The notes below the pieces were generated by a model. The model had not been told where the DNA came from and did no database searches. It was given only the letters and a program-made list of their open reading frames with translations. From contig CAWFQL010000009.1 of the NCBI GenBank assembly GCA_963817915.1, forward strand, positions 96,001-160,000: a stretch of DNA of 64,000 nucleotides, written 5' to 3'. The stretch comes from an uncultured candidate division Zixibacteria bacterium (GTDB taxonomy: Bacteria > Zixibacteria > MSB-5A5 > UBA10806). Made by a program: the position numbers and the translations under genes. Of the stretch, positions 30,750 to 41,693 are shown in pieces. The first letter of the stretch is position 1, and each line of letters starts with the position of its first letter.

Positions 30750-33182
30750 ATGCCAGATAACGGCAAAATAACCGTCACAATCGATGGTCGCACTATCGAG
30801 GTAAATCCGGGAACATTGATTCTGGAAGCGGCCAAGCAGCTTGGAATCGATATACCGGTTTTCTGCTACGATGAAAGATTGCGGCCGGTCGGAGCCTGCA
30901 GGATGTGCCTGGTCGAAGTGGAAAAATCGCCCAAATTAATCGCGTCATGCTCTACACCTGTCGCCCCCAATATGGTCGTGCATACCGATTCCCAAAAGGT
31001 AATTAAAGCCCGCAAAGGCGTGCTGGAGTTTCTGCTGATTAATCATCCATTGGATTGTCCCACATGCGATAAGGGTGGTGAATGTCCCTTGCAGGATATG
31101 ACATACGGTTATGGCCCCGCTACGAGTCGATACAAAGAGAAAAAGATAAGATTTATTGATGACATAAATCAGAAATTCGACGATATCCCTCTTGGCCCCG
31201 AGATACTGCTTTGCAGAAATCGATGCATAATGTGCTTTAAGTGTATTAGAATTGTACGGGAGCTGGCAGGGGAGGCCGATCTTGGAGTCTTCCAAAGAGG
31301 TGCGTTTGCCAATATTAATGTCCTCGACGAAGTGAAATTTGCCGACGAATTTTCCGGTAATACTGTCGAGTATTGTCCGGTCGGAGCGTTAACCTCTCGA
31401 TCATTCAGATATAAAATCCGAAACTGGCTATTGAAGAAAAGCCCCTCGGTTTGTAATCTCTGTTCCGATGGCTGTAATATCAGCGCTGAAGGATCGTACG
31501 GACAGATTTTCCGTAATATGTCGAGGAAAAATCCGCTGGTCGATGATGGTTGGTTGTGCGATAGGGGACGGTACAGTTTCGATATTTCAAGATCGGAAGA
31601 CAGAATATTATTGCCTCAGATTCGCCGCAATGGATCACTCAAGACTTGCGGTTGGGATGAAGCGATTGCTGTGATGTCCAAGCATCTGGGAAAGATTATT
31701 AATGAAAATAGGGGCTCTGAAGTCGCGGTTGTAGGCTCTCCATTACTCTCAAATGAAGAAGCATATGTCATCAGGCAATTTACGTCCAATGTCATCAAAT
31801 CACCCAATATAGATTTCCAGACCGAATTTTCGAAACCATTGGAACCGGAAATGCTGGATCTAATCGGCCTCGACGGTACCATTGCTGATACTGAAAATGA
31901 TTCCATTTATATTTTTGTGGGATGCGATCCTGCAATCGAGCATCCGGTTTTATCATTGAGATTCAAAAAGATGATCGCCCAGAAAAAAGCCAGGGCGATA
32001 TTTATCGGCTCTCATTCCAAAAAACTTGGTAATTTTCCTGTCACCAATATCAGAATATCATTCGGCACTGAGATTGAAGCGATTAATTATCTGATTTCAA
32101 AATTAAGAGGATTATCCGCCGAATCAATCCCCGCAATTAAATCCGGCGAAAAATTATTGGATGATCTTGCCATTGATATAAAGAATACTTCAAAAGTTCA
32201 TATTATCGCGGGAAATGAATTTCTAAATCATTATAATAGACAATCATTGCTCGCAAAACTCATTGACCTGAATACAGAGACAAAATGTAAATTGTCATTA
32301 TTGGCTCCTCAGGGGAATTTCCTTGGCGTATCGCATTTGGGGCTATACGGCGGCACCGAAAATTCATTTGAAAAAATTCTTTCTCGAATCGAATCGGGAG
32401 AGATTAAAACCTTAATGATTTTCGGTGCAAATCCGTTGGATGAGTATTATGATCGAAAATATGTTCATGACGCGCTGAAAAAATTAGAATTCCTGATTGT
32501 CTGTACACCATTAATGAATCCTACAGCCGCGATGGCGGCGTTGGTCTGTCCTCTTCCGACATTGCCATATTATGGAGGGACATTCATCAATATCGAAGGC
32601 AGGATTCAGCAATTCCAGCCGATGACTGAACTTGGTTCGGATGATATAAAGCCCGCCTGGGCCATATTAAGCGACATCTCTGAAATGTTGGGATTGGGAG
32701 CTGTCTGGCATCACGAATTGCAAATTAGAATGGATATAGCCAAGAATATCAAAGGACTCGAAAGCTTAGCCTCGATACCGACTGAAGGCCTTTTGATCAA
32801 TTTTAAAAATAATGAGATTAAGACTTCGGCATCGGAGAAATTGCCAATTCCCAAAGCTCCGGCGGATTACCCCTATATTCTGCAATATTCACCATCGGTG
32901 CATCATTCAGGTTGGATGACTCAAAAATCCGAAAATCTGATGCGAATTAGTGGCACACAATATATGTGTATTAACCCAGCTGATGCCGCCAGAGAGCAGA
33001 TTTTAGAGGGCCATATGGCCAGGATCGGAGTTGAAGACACCGCTATAAATCTACCGGCGCATATTACTGATGATGTAAACAAAGGGGAGATATTGGTGAT
33101 TAATTCTTTCCCTGATAATACAGTCAATCGTTTGATGAAGCGCGGCAAATTAACCACCTTCGTCTCGGTGAGAAAGAACTGA
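30750..33182 (+). CDS. nuoG: NADH-quinone oxidoreductase subunit G
   Basis: GACRMCLVE, NHPLDCPTCDKGGECPLQ, RCIMCFKC and CNLCSDGC; start placed at ATG 30750. Confidence 0.95.
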   Translation: MPDNGKITVTIDGRTIEVNPGTLILEAAKQLGIDIPVFCYDERLRPVGACRMCLVEVEKSPKLIASCSTPVAPNMVVHTDSQKVIKARKGVLEFLLINHPLDCPTCDKGGECPLQDMTYGYGPATSRYKEKKIRFIDDINQKFDDIPLGPEILLCRNRCIMCFKCIRIVRELAGEADLGVFQRGAFANINVLDEVKFADEFSGNTVEYCPVGALTSRSFRYKIRNWLLKKSPSVCNLCSDGCNISAEGSYGQIFRNMSRKNPLVDDGWLCDRGRYSFDISRSEDRILLPQIRRNGSLKTCGWDEAIAVMSKHLGKIINENRGSEVAVVGSPLLSNEEAYVIRQFTSNVIKSPNIDFQTEFSKPLEPEMLDLIGLDGTIADTENDSIYIFVGCDPAIEHPVLSLRFKKMIAQKKARAIFIGSHSKKLGNFPVTNIRISFGTEIEAINYLISKLRGLSAESIPAIKSGEKLLDDLAIDIKNTSKVHIIAGNEFLNHYNRQSLLAKLIDLNTETKCKLSLLAPQGNFLGVSHLGLYGGTENSFEKILSRIESGEIKTLMIFGANPLDEYYDRKYVHDALKKLEFLIVCTPLMNPTAAMAALVCPLPTLPYYGGTFINIEGRIQQFQPMTELGSDDIKPAWAILSDISEMLGLGAVWHHELQIRMDIAKNIKGLESLASIPTEGLLINFKNNEIKTSASEKLPIPKAPADYPYILQYSPSVHHSGWMTQKSENLMRISGTQYMCINPADAAREQILEGHMARIGVEDTAINLPAHITDDVNKGEILVINSFPDNTVNRLMKRGKLTTFVSVRKN

Positions 33183-34186
33183 TGATTTTAGGTATTATAA
33201 TAGTCCTCATTAAGGTGGCTGTGATATTCGCGGGCCTTATGACTGCGATTGCATACTCCACATACCTCGAACGGAAAGTGGTGGCTCATATTCAGCATAG
33301 AATGGGGCCGAATACGGTCGGGCCGCTCGGCCTGATGCAGCCAATTGCCGATGCTGTCAAGCTGCTTTTCAAAGAAGAGATCCGGCCTGCCTTCGTGGCT
33401 CCATATTTTTATACTCTGGCTCCAATATTATCATTTGTGGTTGCCAGTATGGCTATCGCGGTAGTTCCGGTTGGTGATTTTATTCAAATCGGAGATCAGC
33501 GAATCGAATTATTGATATCCAATCTGAATGTCGCCATCCTATATATTCTCGCCGTGTCTTCGCTGGGCGTTTATGGAATAGTACTGGCGGGCTGGTCATC
33601 CAATTCAAAATACTCATTATTGGGCGGCATAAGGTCATCGGCGCAGATGATGAGTTACGAAGTTTCTCTCGGTTTGGGATTGATCGGTGTGTTGCTTCTA
33701 AGCCAGACATTCTCATTGGCTGAGATTGTCCGACAGCAATCAGGGTCGATATTCAATTGGTATATATTCAAGCAGCCAGTAGCTTTTTTCGTATATTTTA
33801 TTTCGGCTATTGCTGAGACAAATCGTTCGCCATTCGATCTGCCAGAAGCTGAATCGGAATTGGTTGCCGGATATCATACTGAATATTCAGGTATGCGATT
33901 CGCTCTATTTTATCTGGGCGAATATGCAAATATGCTGACTGTCAGCGCAATCGCCGCGAGTGTATTTTTCGGCGGCTGGAATGGTCCTTTCCTGCCGCAC
34001 TGGATATGGTTCGTAATAAAAGTCGCGACATTCATATTTATATATGTCTGGATCAGAGGGACATTGCCGAGATTTAGATATGACCAATTGATGAAATTCG
34101 GATGGATGGTCATGTTCCCGATAGGGTTGCTCAATATTATTATCACATCGTTTTTGATAGCGATTGGTTTGGTAGGAGGACAATAG
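33182..34186 (+). CDS. nuoH: NADH-quinone oxidoreductase subunit H
   Basis: QPIADAVKLLFKE, AETNRSPFDLPEAESEL and PRFRYDQLM motifs. Confidence 0.97.
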   Translation: MILGIIIVLIKVAVIFAGLMTAIAYSTYLERKVVAHIQHRMGPNTVGPLGLMQPIADAVKLLFKEEIRPAFVAPYFYTLAPILSFVVASMAIAVVPVGDFIQIGDQRIELLISNLNVAILYILAVSSLGVYGIVLAGWSSNSKYSLLGGIRSSAQMMSYEVSLGLGLIGVLLLSQTFSLAEIVRQQSGSIFNWYIFKQPVAFFVYFISAIAETNRSPFDLPEAESELVAGYHTEYSGMRFALFYLGEYANMLTVSAIAASVFFGGWNGPFLPHWIWFVIKVATFIFIYVWIRGTLPRFRYDQLMKFGWMVMFPIGLLNIIITSFLIAIGLVGGQ

Positions 34187-34190
34187 CACT

Positions 34191-34711
34191 ATGTGGCATA
34201 CATTAAAATCGGTCTTCCTCGCAATCCCCAAAGGGATGTCTATTACATTCCGCTATTTGCTGAGAAAACCGGTTACCGAGCAATATCCGAATAAGACCGG
34301 CCGCAGTTCGAAGATCGTTACCGTGGCTTGCATTATTTGACCCGTTACGCCGATGGTTCCGAACGGTGTGTTTGCTGTGGCTTGTGCGCTGCGGCCTGTC
34401 CCGTTGATTGCATTTATATGGAGCCCGCGGAAACCGAGAATGGTATTCGATATGCCAAAGTTTATGAAATCAACGAATTGCGTTGTATTTTTTGCGGTAT
34501 GTGCGAAGAAGCCTGCCCCGAGGAAGCTATCTTCTTGGGCCATGAATTCGAATTTTCTAATTACAATCGCGATAGCTTCTTATATACTAAAGAAATGCTG
34601 CTGGCGAATTTCGATAATATCGAAAAAAATCGGGTTGCCAAGAAAATTAAACCATTGACCAGGACTGAAAGACAGGAATTCAAGACCCCGGCCGCGCCAA
34701 TAGGACATTAA
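34191..34711 (+). CDS. nuoI: NADH-quinone oxidoreductase subunit I, frameshift near 34296
   Basis: ATG 34191 gives [15 protein letters not shown]; second frame gives [18 protein letters not shown] and [12 protein letters not shown]. Confidence 0.93.
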
Positions 34712-34792
34712 AACACGATTCTTGGATTTTATCATGCGGGAAAGTATGTGCAAAATTAATAAGGGAAATGTAGTCGACCTTAGGATAGATTG

Positions 34793-35365
34793 ATGAGCCA
34801 GGTAATATTTTTTGTTCTCGCATTTATCGCAGTAGCTTCCGCGCTTCTTCTCGTAACGCGCAAAAGCCCGTTAACATCGGCTCTATATCTTATAGTAACT
34901 ATGTGTTCTCTGGCAGGGCTTTTCGCGCTGCTTGGCGCAATATTCCTTGCTGCTTTGCAAGTTATAGTTTACGCGGGCGCAATCATGGTATTGTTCTTAT
35001 TTGTCATAATGCTTTTAAATCTGCGCACCGATGAATTCAGCGCCGATCTTCATAAAATGCAAAAATATCTCGGTATGGCATTTGCGCTCATAATTCTTCT
35101 TCAAACAGTGTTTATAGTAGTTTGGGCTACCAACGATTTTCCCTCTAATGCAAAAATGACGACTGAATTTACTCAAGGGATTGAGACGCCGATTCCAGAT
35201 TCAACAGCTGATTACAGTTCGGCTGAAACAGTAGCTGAAACATTGTTCACCCAATTTTCCTATCCATTTGAGATTACATCGATACTGCTTCTGGCTGCGA
35301 TTGTCGGGGCAGTGGTGATTGCCAAACGAAAAGGATTTGGCGAGCCGGGGGAGGAAAAAGACTAA
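34793..35365 (+). CDS. nuoJ: NADH-quinone oxidoreductase subunit J
   Basis: [19 protein letters not shown] and [10 protein letters not shown] motifs. Confidence 0.95.
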   Translation: MSQVIFFVLAFIAVASALLLVTRKSPLTSALYLIVTMCSLAGLFALLGAIFLAALQVIVYAGAIMVLFLFVIMLLNLRTDEFSADLHKMQKYLGMAFALIILLQTVFIVVWATNDFPSNAKMTTEFTQGIETPIPDSTADYSSAETVAETLFTQFSYPFEITSILLLAAIVGAVVIAKRKGFGEPGEEKD

Positions 35366-35733
35366 TGGTTCCTTTGCAGTATTACATATTTTTATCCGCT
35401 ATCTTATTCTCCATTGGTGTCTGGGGAGTTTTAAAATCCCGAAATGCGATAGTGATATTCATGGCGATTGAATTGATGCTTAATGCTGTCAACCTTTCGA
35501 TTATAGCGTTTTCGAGCCATATGAGATCGATATTGTATAATCTGGCGCCATCGATACCGTCGGAAACCTTCTCCAATTTGCTGAGAACAGCTACTTCCTC
35601 CGGCCAAGTTTTTGTTTTTCTAATTATGACGGTCGCGGCGGCCGAGGCGGCTGTCGGACTGGCAATAATCATATCAATCCATCGTGTGAAAGATTCTATT
35701 AACGTTGATGATGTCAATATTATGAAATGGTGA
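35365..35733 (+). CDS. nuoK: NADH-quinone oxidoreductase subunit K
   Basis: [10 protein letters not shown] and [12 protein letters not shown] motifs. Confidence 0.95.
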   Translation: MVPLQYYIFLSAILFSIGVWGVLKSRNAIVIFMAIELMLNAVNLSIIAFSSHMRSILYNLAPSIPSETFSNLLRTATSSGQVFVFLIMTVAAAEAAVGLAIIISIHRVKDSINVDDVNIMKW

Positions 35734-35737
35734 CCTG

Positions 35738-37690
35738 ATGTCTGCTGATAGTATTAAATTAATTGTAAAATTCGTCCCGCTTTTCCCGTTAATCGGATTT
35801 TTGATTAATGGCCTTTTTAACAGGCGCATCTCAGAGAAAATCGCGGGACTAATAGGTTCAGCAAGCATCGGTTTATCATTTATATTCTCGGTCTGGGCAT
35901 TCTTTCTATTGACCGGCTTGCCTGAAAACGCGCGTTCGATTCAAGCGACCTGGTTTGACTGGATAATTTCGGGCACATTCGCGACATCGATATCATTCCT
36001 TTATGATCCGCTATCAGCCGTAATGATGCTGGTCGTTACCGGTGTCGGATTCTTGATTCATGTCTATTCGATTGGGTATATGCATAAGGATGGGGGAGTA
36101 GGACGCTACTTCGCCTATCTAAATTTATTTACTTTCTCGATGCTGATGCTGGTAATGGCCAATAATCTCCTACTATTATATTTAGGCTGGGAAGGTGTCG
36201 GGCTTTGCAGTTATTTATTAATTGGATTCTGGTTTCATAAAAAATCTGCCGCTGACGCCGGCAAGAAAGCATTTATCGTAAATCGTATCGGCGATTTCGG
36301 ATTTGCTCTGGGTCTAATGCTTTTGTTCTGGACTCTTTCTGCGGCGGGCAAACCTACAATCAACCTTACTGAAATCAGCCAATTGGCCCCAGAAGTCCTG
36401 GCCGGTACCGGTGTCGTGACATTAATAACTCTGCTGCTATTCCTTGGTGCAACTGGCAAATCGGCTCAATTGCCACTTTATGTATGGTTGCCGGATGCCA
36501 TGGAAGGCCCCACGCCGGTCTCGGCGTTGATCCACGCCGCCACCATGGTCACCGCCGGTGTCTATATGGTTTGTCGTTTATCGGCATTGTATACGCTGGC
36601 GCCATTCACGATGATGGTAGTTGCTATCGTAGGTGCGGCGACCGCGCTATTCGCGGCGACTATCGGGACTGTCCAAAATGATATCAAACGAGTCCTTGCC
36701 TATTCGACAATCAGTCAATTGGGATATATGTTCCTTGCCTGTGGCGTCGGTGCATTTGCCAGCGGCATTTTCCATCTAATGACTCACGCGTTTTTCAAGG
36801 CTCTTCTCTTCATGGGAGCTGGTTCGGTTATGCATGCGCTTTCCGGCGAATTGGATATGAGAAAAATGGGTGGATTAAAAAAATACTTGCCCATGACATA
36901 TTTTACCATGTTCGTAGGCACTCTGGCGATATCAGGCGTTCCGTTTTTCTCCGGATTCTTCTCCAAAGATGAAATCCTCTATCAGGCGTTTGTATCGCCA
37001 CAGGGAAGTATCATTCTATGGGCAGTTGGACTTGTGGCTGCGATACTGACCGCCTTCTACATGTTTAGATTGCTCTTTATGACATTCTTCGGCAATTCGC
37101 GACTTGATCCAGAAGTCGAAAAACATGTGCATGAATCACCCAAGGTAATGACATATCCGCTTGTCGTTCTCGCGATACTCGCATTTATCGGTGGATATAT
37201 CGGTCTTGGCCCGGCAATGGGTGGTGGCGCCTGGTTCGAGAAATTCTTAAGCCCAGTATTTGGCGGTGAACATCAGGTGGCCACGGAGGCGTTACCCGCG
37301 ACTCATATGATAGAATATTTACTGGTTTTTGCGTCGATTTTGGCCGCTGGCGTGGGAATCTATATTGCATATCAATTTTATATTAAAAATCCATCTGCTC
37401 CGAAGCGGCTCGCGGAACGATTCAGCGGACTATATACCGTTGTCGTAAATAAATATTATGTGGATGAATTCTATAACGCTGTCATTGTCCAGCCGCTGAT
37501 TACCATCGCGCTATTCTTCTGGAAAATCACCGATGTCCGTATCGTAGACGGATTCGCCAATGGCGCCGCGGCGTTGATTGGAAAAATTTCCGGCAAATTC
37601 AGGTATGTACAGAGCGGATTTGTAAGAAATTACGCCCTGATATTCGTAATTGGAGTTGTCGCGCTTTTGAGTTTCGTATTGCTGAAGTAG
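35738..37690 (+). CDS. nuoL: NADH-quinone oxidoreductase subunit L
   Basis: GKSAQLPLYVWLPDAMEGPTPVSALIHAATMV motif. Confidence 0.97.
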   Translation: MSADSIKLIVKFVPLFPLIGFLINGLFNRRISEKIAGLIGSASIGLSFIFSVWAFFLLTGLPENARSIQATWFDWIISGTFATSISFLYDPLSAVMMLVVTGVGFLIHVYSIGYMHKDGGVGRYFAYLNLFTFSMLMLVMANNLLLLYLGWEGVGLCSYLLIGFWFHKKSAADAGKKAFIVNRIGDFGFALGLMLLFWTLSAAGKPTINLTEISQLAPEVLAGTGVVTLITLLLFLGATGKSAQLPLYVWLPDAMEGPTPVSALIHAATMVTAGVYMVCRLSALYTLAPFTMMVVAIVGAATALFAATIGTVQNDIKRVLAYSTISQLGYMFLACGVGAFASGIFHLMTHAFFKALLFMGAGSVMHALSGELDMRKMGGLKKYLPMTYFTMFVGTLAISGVPFFSGFFSKDEILYQAFVSPQGSIILWAVGLVAAILTAFYMFRLLFMTFFGNSRLDPEVEKHVHESPKVMTYPLVVLAILAFIGGYIGLGPAMGGGAWFEKFLSPVFGGEHQVATEALPATHMIEYLLVFASILAAGVGIYIAYQFYIKNPSAPKRLAERFSGLYTVVVNKYYVDEFYNAVIVQPLITIALFFWKITDVRIVDGFANGAAALIGKISGKFRYVQSGFVRNYALIFVIGVVALLSFVLLK

Positions 37691-37746
37691 AGGAAATGAG
37701 ATACTCGATATTCAAGGATGATAAATGATAAAGGAATATTGTTAAC

Positions 37747-39306
37747 ATGACTTGGCCCATTCTTTCATGGATCGTATTTCTTCCGCTTTTGGGCGTGCTT
37801 GCGATATTACTGACCGGCAAGACTCGCATCAATGCTATTCGCTGGACGGCGCTGGCTGTATCATTTTTGGATTTTATCCTGACCATAATAGTATTTCAGA
37901 ATTTTAGTTCAGCTAATGTCGAAATGCAATTTCGCGATGGTCCTATAGTCTGGATTAAATCCCTGGGCATCACATACAGCCTGGGTGTCGATGGTATATC
38001 ATTGCTGCTCGTAATCCTTACTCCATTTCTTTCGATAATAGCAATCGCCTCTACCTGGAATGCTGTTCGCGATAAGGTAAAGGGATTCATGATATCAATG
38101 CTGATGCTCGAAACCGGCATGCTGGGCGTATTTCTCGCCACCGATCTGTTTCTATTCTATCTTTTCTGGGAAACAATGCTAATTCCCATGTATTTCCTGA
38201 TCGGCATCTGGGGCGGTCCGAGAAAAATATATGCCGCTATCAAATTTGTGCTTTTCACGATGTTCGGTTCTCTACTGATGCTTCTGGCAATTATCAAGCT
38301 CTATTTGATGACATCAGCTGATGCCGTAAGCAGAACTACCGATCTTGCGACAATTATGAATATGCCCATACCTAAAGATCTCCAGGTAATTCTATTCCTG
38401 GCTTTCGGGCTCGCATTTGCTATTAAGGTGCCGCTTTTCCCATTTCATACCTGGCTCCCGGACGCCCACGTCGAGGCGCCGACAGCGGGTTCTATTATAC
38501 TTGCGGGAGTCTTGCTGAAAATGGGGACTTATGGTTTTTTGAGATTTTGTCTGCCGCTATTTCCTCAGGCGGCAGTTCAATTCGTACCGTTGATTTCAAT
38601 TCTGGCTTTAATAGGTATCATATATGGCGCTTTGGTGGCCATGGTTCAAAAGGACGTTAAATCGCTGGTGGCTTATTCGTCCGTGGCGCATCTCGGATTT
38701 GTGATGTTGGGAATGTTCGCGTTGAACGAACAGGGGATTACGGGCTCGATCATCCAAATGGTAAATCATGGCATCACAACTGGCGCACTGTTCCTATTGG
38801 TTGGCATGATCTACGAAAGACGGCATACAAGGCTGATATCCGATTTCGGTGGTGTGGCTCATGTAATGCCTTTTTATGCATCTGTATTCATGATCGTTAC
38901 TCTGGCATCTATCGGGTTGCCCGGCACCAATGGTTTTGTCGGAGAATTCCTGATTCTGCTGGGGACATTCAAATCCAACATCACATATGCCGTTATCGGA
39001 ACAGCCGGAATAGTGCTCGCCGCTGTTTATATGTTATGGATGGTTCAACGGGTATTCTTTGGTGTATGCGAAAAAGACGAAAATAAAAAATTGTTGGATC
39101 TCAGTTTGATCGAAAAAATAATCATCGTTCCATTGATAATTGTTGTCTTTTGGATCGGTTTTTATCCCAGAACTTTCATTGATAAAATTGAGCCATCCGT
39201 AAAGCATGTTATCGAGTCAATGGAACTGAAGAACAAAACAATCTCCATTGACGATATAAATCCCAACATTAAACTGACTCAAAATAATAATGGTGATAAC
39301 CAATGA
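37747..39306 (+). CDS. nuoM: NADH-quinone oxidoreductase subunit M
   Basis: KVPLFPFHTWLPDAHVEAPT motif. Confidence 0.97.
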   Translation: MTWPILSWIVFLPLLGVLAILLTGKTRINAIRWTALAVSFLDFILTIIVFQNFSSANVEMQFRDGPIVWIKSLGITYSLGVDGISLLLVILTPFLSIIAIASTWNAVRDKVKGFMISMLMLETGMLGVFLATDLFLFYLFWETMLIPMYFLIGIWGGPRKIYAAIKFVLFTMFGSLLMLLAIIKLYLMTSADAVSRTTDLATIMNMPIPKDLQVILFLAFGLAFAIKVPLFPFHTWLPDAHVEAPTAGSIILAGVLLKMGTYGFLRFCLPLFPQAAVQFVPLISILALIGIIYGALVAMVQKDVKSLVAYSSVAHLGFVMLGMFALNEQGITGSIIQMVNHGITTGALFLLVGMIYERRHTRLISDFGGVAHVMPFYASVFMIVTLASIGLPGTNGFVGEFLILLGTFKSNITYAVIGTAGIVLAAVYMLWMVQRVFFGVCEKDENKKLLDLSLIEKIIIVPLIIVVFWIGFYPRTFIDKIEPSVKHVIESMELKNKTISIDDINPNIKLTQNNNGDNQ

Positions 39307-40772
39307 CACCCGAATGGCAGATAATCTCTCCTGAAATTGCGATATTGGCGACCGCCGTCATTATCTTGATAATTGATTTATTCGTTAGCAAACATCGCTC
39401 ATTGGTTATTACGGGCGTAAGCTTTATCGGCGTGATTGTCGCTTTGCTGTTGGCTTTTGCCAATTCACCGATTATGAAGACAGGATTCAATAATTCTGTC
39501 GCCAGTGATCCTATCGGCTTTTATTTCAAAATTATTTTCTGTCTTGGAACTCTGCTGACAATTTTCATTTCATCTACTTATGTAAACAGAGAATTGAAAA
39601 GCACCGGCGAATATTACTTCCTGGTTTTTATAGCGACATTCGGAATGATGGTAATGGCTACATCGCTCGACCTGATTACGATATTCCTCGGGCTCGAAGT
39701 CATGAGCATTCCGCTGTATGTGCTTGCAGGTATTCACCGCGACAGGCCTCGTTCCCGCGAAGCCGCGATGAAGTATTTTCTCCTGGGGGCGTTCTCGTCA
39801 GGATTCTTGCTATACGGGATTACCCTCATATTCGGAGCATATGGCACTACAAACCTGATCACGCTTAGCCAAAGGTTCGAATTCGGGTATGCCTATAGCG
39901 AGATTCTTTCGCTGGCCGGATTGGTCTTGGTGCTTATAGGAATCGGCTTTAAGGTCGGCATGGCGCCGTTCCATATGTGGATTCCCGATGTTTACGAAGG
40001 CGCTCCTGCTCCAGTAACAGCTTTCATGTCTGCCGGTCCCAAGGCCGCTGGATTTGCGGCCTTATTCAGGATTGTAACCCTTTATGCGCCGACAGTGAGT
40101 GATAATTTTACAACCATTCTCTGGATTTTGGCCGCCGTTACAATGACATGGGGAAATATTCTTGCCATCTCCCAGCAAAATATCAAACGCATGCTGGCAT
40201 ATTCATCCATAGCCCATGCCGGGTATATTCTGGTGGCTCTTACGGCAGGCGGAGCGAATGGAATTTCGGCTGGTATATTCTATTTGCTTGTCTATACGCT
40301 AATGAACATCGGCGCATTCGCTATAATTGTCCTTCTCGCCGGAAAAGGGGAGAAGTTCGATAATATTAAGGATTATGCCGGATTAGGCATCAAATATCCA
40401 TTCGCCGGATTTGCTATGACTATTTTCATGCTTTCGCTATCCGGCATTCCAGCTACTGCCGGATTCATAGGAAAATATAAGATTTTCATTTCCGCGATCG
40501 ATTCCGGATTTGTCTGGCTGGCTATAATAGGTATTATCAATAGCCTGATCTCGGTTTGGTATTATTTTGGCGTTATTGTTACAATGTTCATGAAGCCTGA
40601 AACTGATGCCAAAATTGAAATGACGATGAGTCCATCATTAATGATAGTAATTCTGGTTTCAGTCATCGGTATCCTGGCTTTGGGACTTTTCCCCAGAGAT
40701 TGGATAAATCTTTCGGACCTCGCCGGCCAATTTCTTAATTCTGATGTTCTAAATCGCACAATCATGAAATAG
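39303..40772 (+). CDS. nuoN: NADH-quinone oxidoreductase subunit N
   Basis: EAAMKYFLLG, PFHMWIPDVYEGAP and KRMLAYSSIAH motifs. Confidence 0.97.
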   Translation: MTPEWQIISPEIAILATAVIILIIDLFVSKHRSLVITGVSFIGVIVALLLAFANSPIMKTGFNNSVASDPIGFYFKIIFCLGTLLTIFISSTYVNRELKSTGEYYFLVFIATFGMMVMATSLDLITIFLGLEVMSIPLYVLAGIHRDRPRSREAAMKYFLLGAFSSGFLLYGITLIFGAYGTTNLITLSQRFEFGYAYSEILSLAGLVLVLIGIGFKVGMAPFHMWIPDVYEGAPAPVTAFMSAGPKAAGFAALFRIVTLYAPTVSDNFTTILWILAAVTMTWGNILAISQQNIKRMLAYSSIAHAGYILVALTAGGANGISAGIFYLLVYTLMNIGAFAIIVLLAGKGEKFDNIKDYAGLGIKYPFAGFAMTIFMLSLSGIPATAGFIGKYKIFISAIDSGFVWLAIIGIINSLISVWYYFGVIVTMFMKPETDAKIEMTMSPSLMIVILVSVIGILALGLFPRDWINLSDLAGQFLNSDVLNRTIMK

Positions 40773-40923
40773 CCTTAACCTTCAACGGGTTAACGCATTA
40801 AATATATCCCGCCGAGTCCTCTTAGTAAAAATAACGATTTGCATAATAATTTCGCTTGACATTTTTTTCACAATCTATCATTTTATAGAGTGAAAGGGAC
40901 ATTTTGACGAAGGGTGGTGGATT

Positions 40924-41342
40924 ATGAGAACTTCAACAAGATTTTTGAATCAAGAGGTCAGGCAGCACGGCTATCGAATGACTCGTCAGAGGGGCATTGT
41001 TCTTGAAGAGCTTTCGAAGACAAAAGAACATCCCAAGGCCGATGAGATCTATCAGATGGTGAGACGAAGACTCCCCAATATATCATTCGGCACCGTGTAC
41101 CGAAATCTCAGATTATTGCAGGAATTAGGCTTCGTTCGTGAGCTCAATTTCGGCAAGAATTTCTCCCGTTTTGATGCCAACGCATCCAATCATCAGCATT
41201 TCACATGCAAGGAGTGCGGTAAGGTTATGGATGTTGATGAGGCGCTGGCCGTTTCCACAATGGAGTCGAGGTTAATGGAAGGCCGATGTCGGTTACTGAT
41301 TTCAGGCTCGAATTTTACGGATTGTGCCCTGATTGTCAATAA
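40924..41342 (+). CDS. Fur/PerR family transcriptional regulator, frameshift near 41286
   Basis: RMTRQR, HPKADEIY, TVYRNL, HQHFTCKECG; the alternate frame supplies RLEFYGLCPDCQ-stop (TAA 41340-41342). Confidence 0.88.
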
Positions 41343-41391
41343 CTCCGACAGGTATTTTCATCCCATTTCATCCTCGGCTTGAAGAAATGGC

Positions 41392-41475
41392 TTGACTTGC
41401 CGATTAATCGAAATATATTTCGCAACGATTTAATCTGGTAGGAAAAAGGCTGATACCAGATATTGTTCTTTGAAA
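41392..41475 (+). promoter_or_regulatory. tRNA promoter and leader with hairpin plus boxA-like site
   Basis: TTGACT-N16-TATATT; ATCTGGTA/TACCAGAT stem (41433-41461); TGTTCTTTGAAA (41464-41475). Confidence 0.55.
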
Positions 41476-41513
41476 TAGCTTTTGCGCGTATTTTAAAATA
41501 CGCAATTGAATTT

Positions 41514-41586
41514 GGGGCCGTAGTTCAGTTGGGAGAACGCCTGAATGGCATTCAGGAGGTCAGGGGTTCGACCCCCCTCGGCTCCA
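41514..41586 (+). tRNA. tRNA-Ala(GGC), CCA not encoded
   Basis: Cloverleaf: GGGGCCG/CGGCTCC acceptor stem with G3:U70, CCTGA-ATGGCAT-TCAGG anticodon arm, GGTTCGA T-loop. Confidence 0.96.
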
Positions 41587-41693
41587 TATATTTTTTGTGG
41601 AAAATATTTGATCATTTTTAGATCTCATTGATATATCAGGTCTTTAAAATATTTTATTGACATAACATAGTAGTGTCTATTATCTTTAATTAA

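Noticed and set aside
34191..34711. nuoI pseudogene or programmed frameshift
   Set aside because: All other nuo genes and both 4Fe-4S motifs are intact, there is no slippery heptamer, and similar indels occur throughout the window
40830..40860. Fur/Per box upstream of the Fur-family gene
   Set aside because: AT-rich with only partial resemblance (GCATAATAATTTCGC) and no clear inverted repeat
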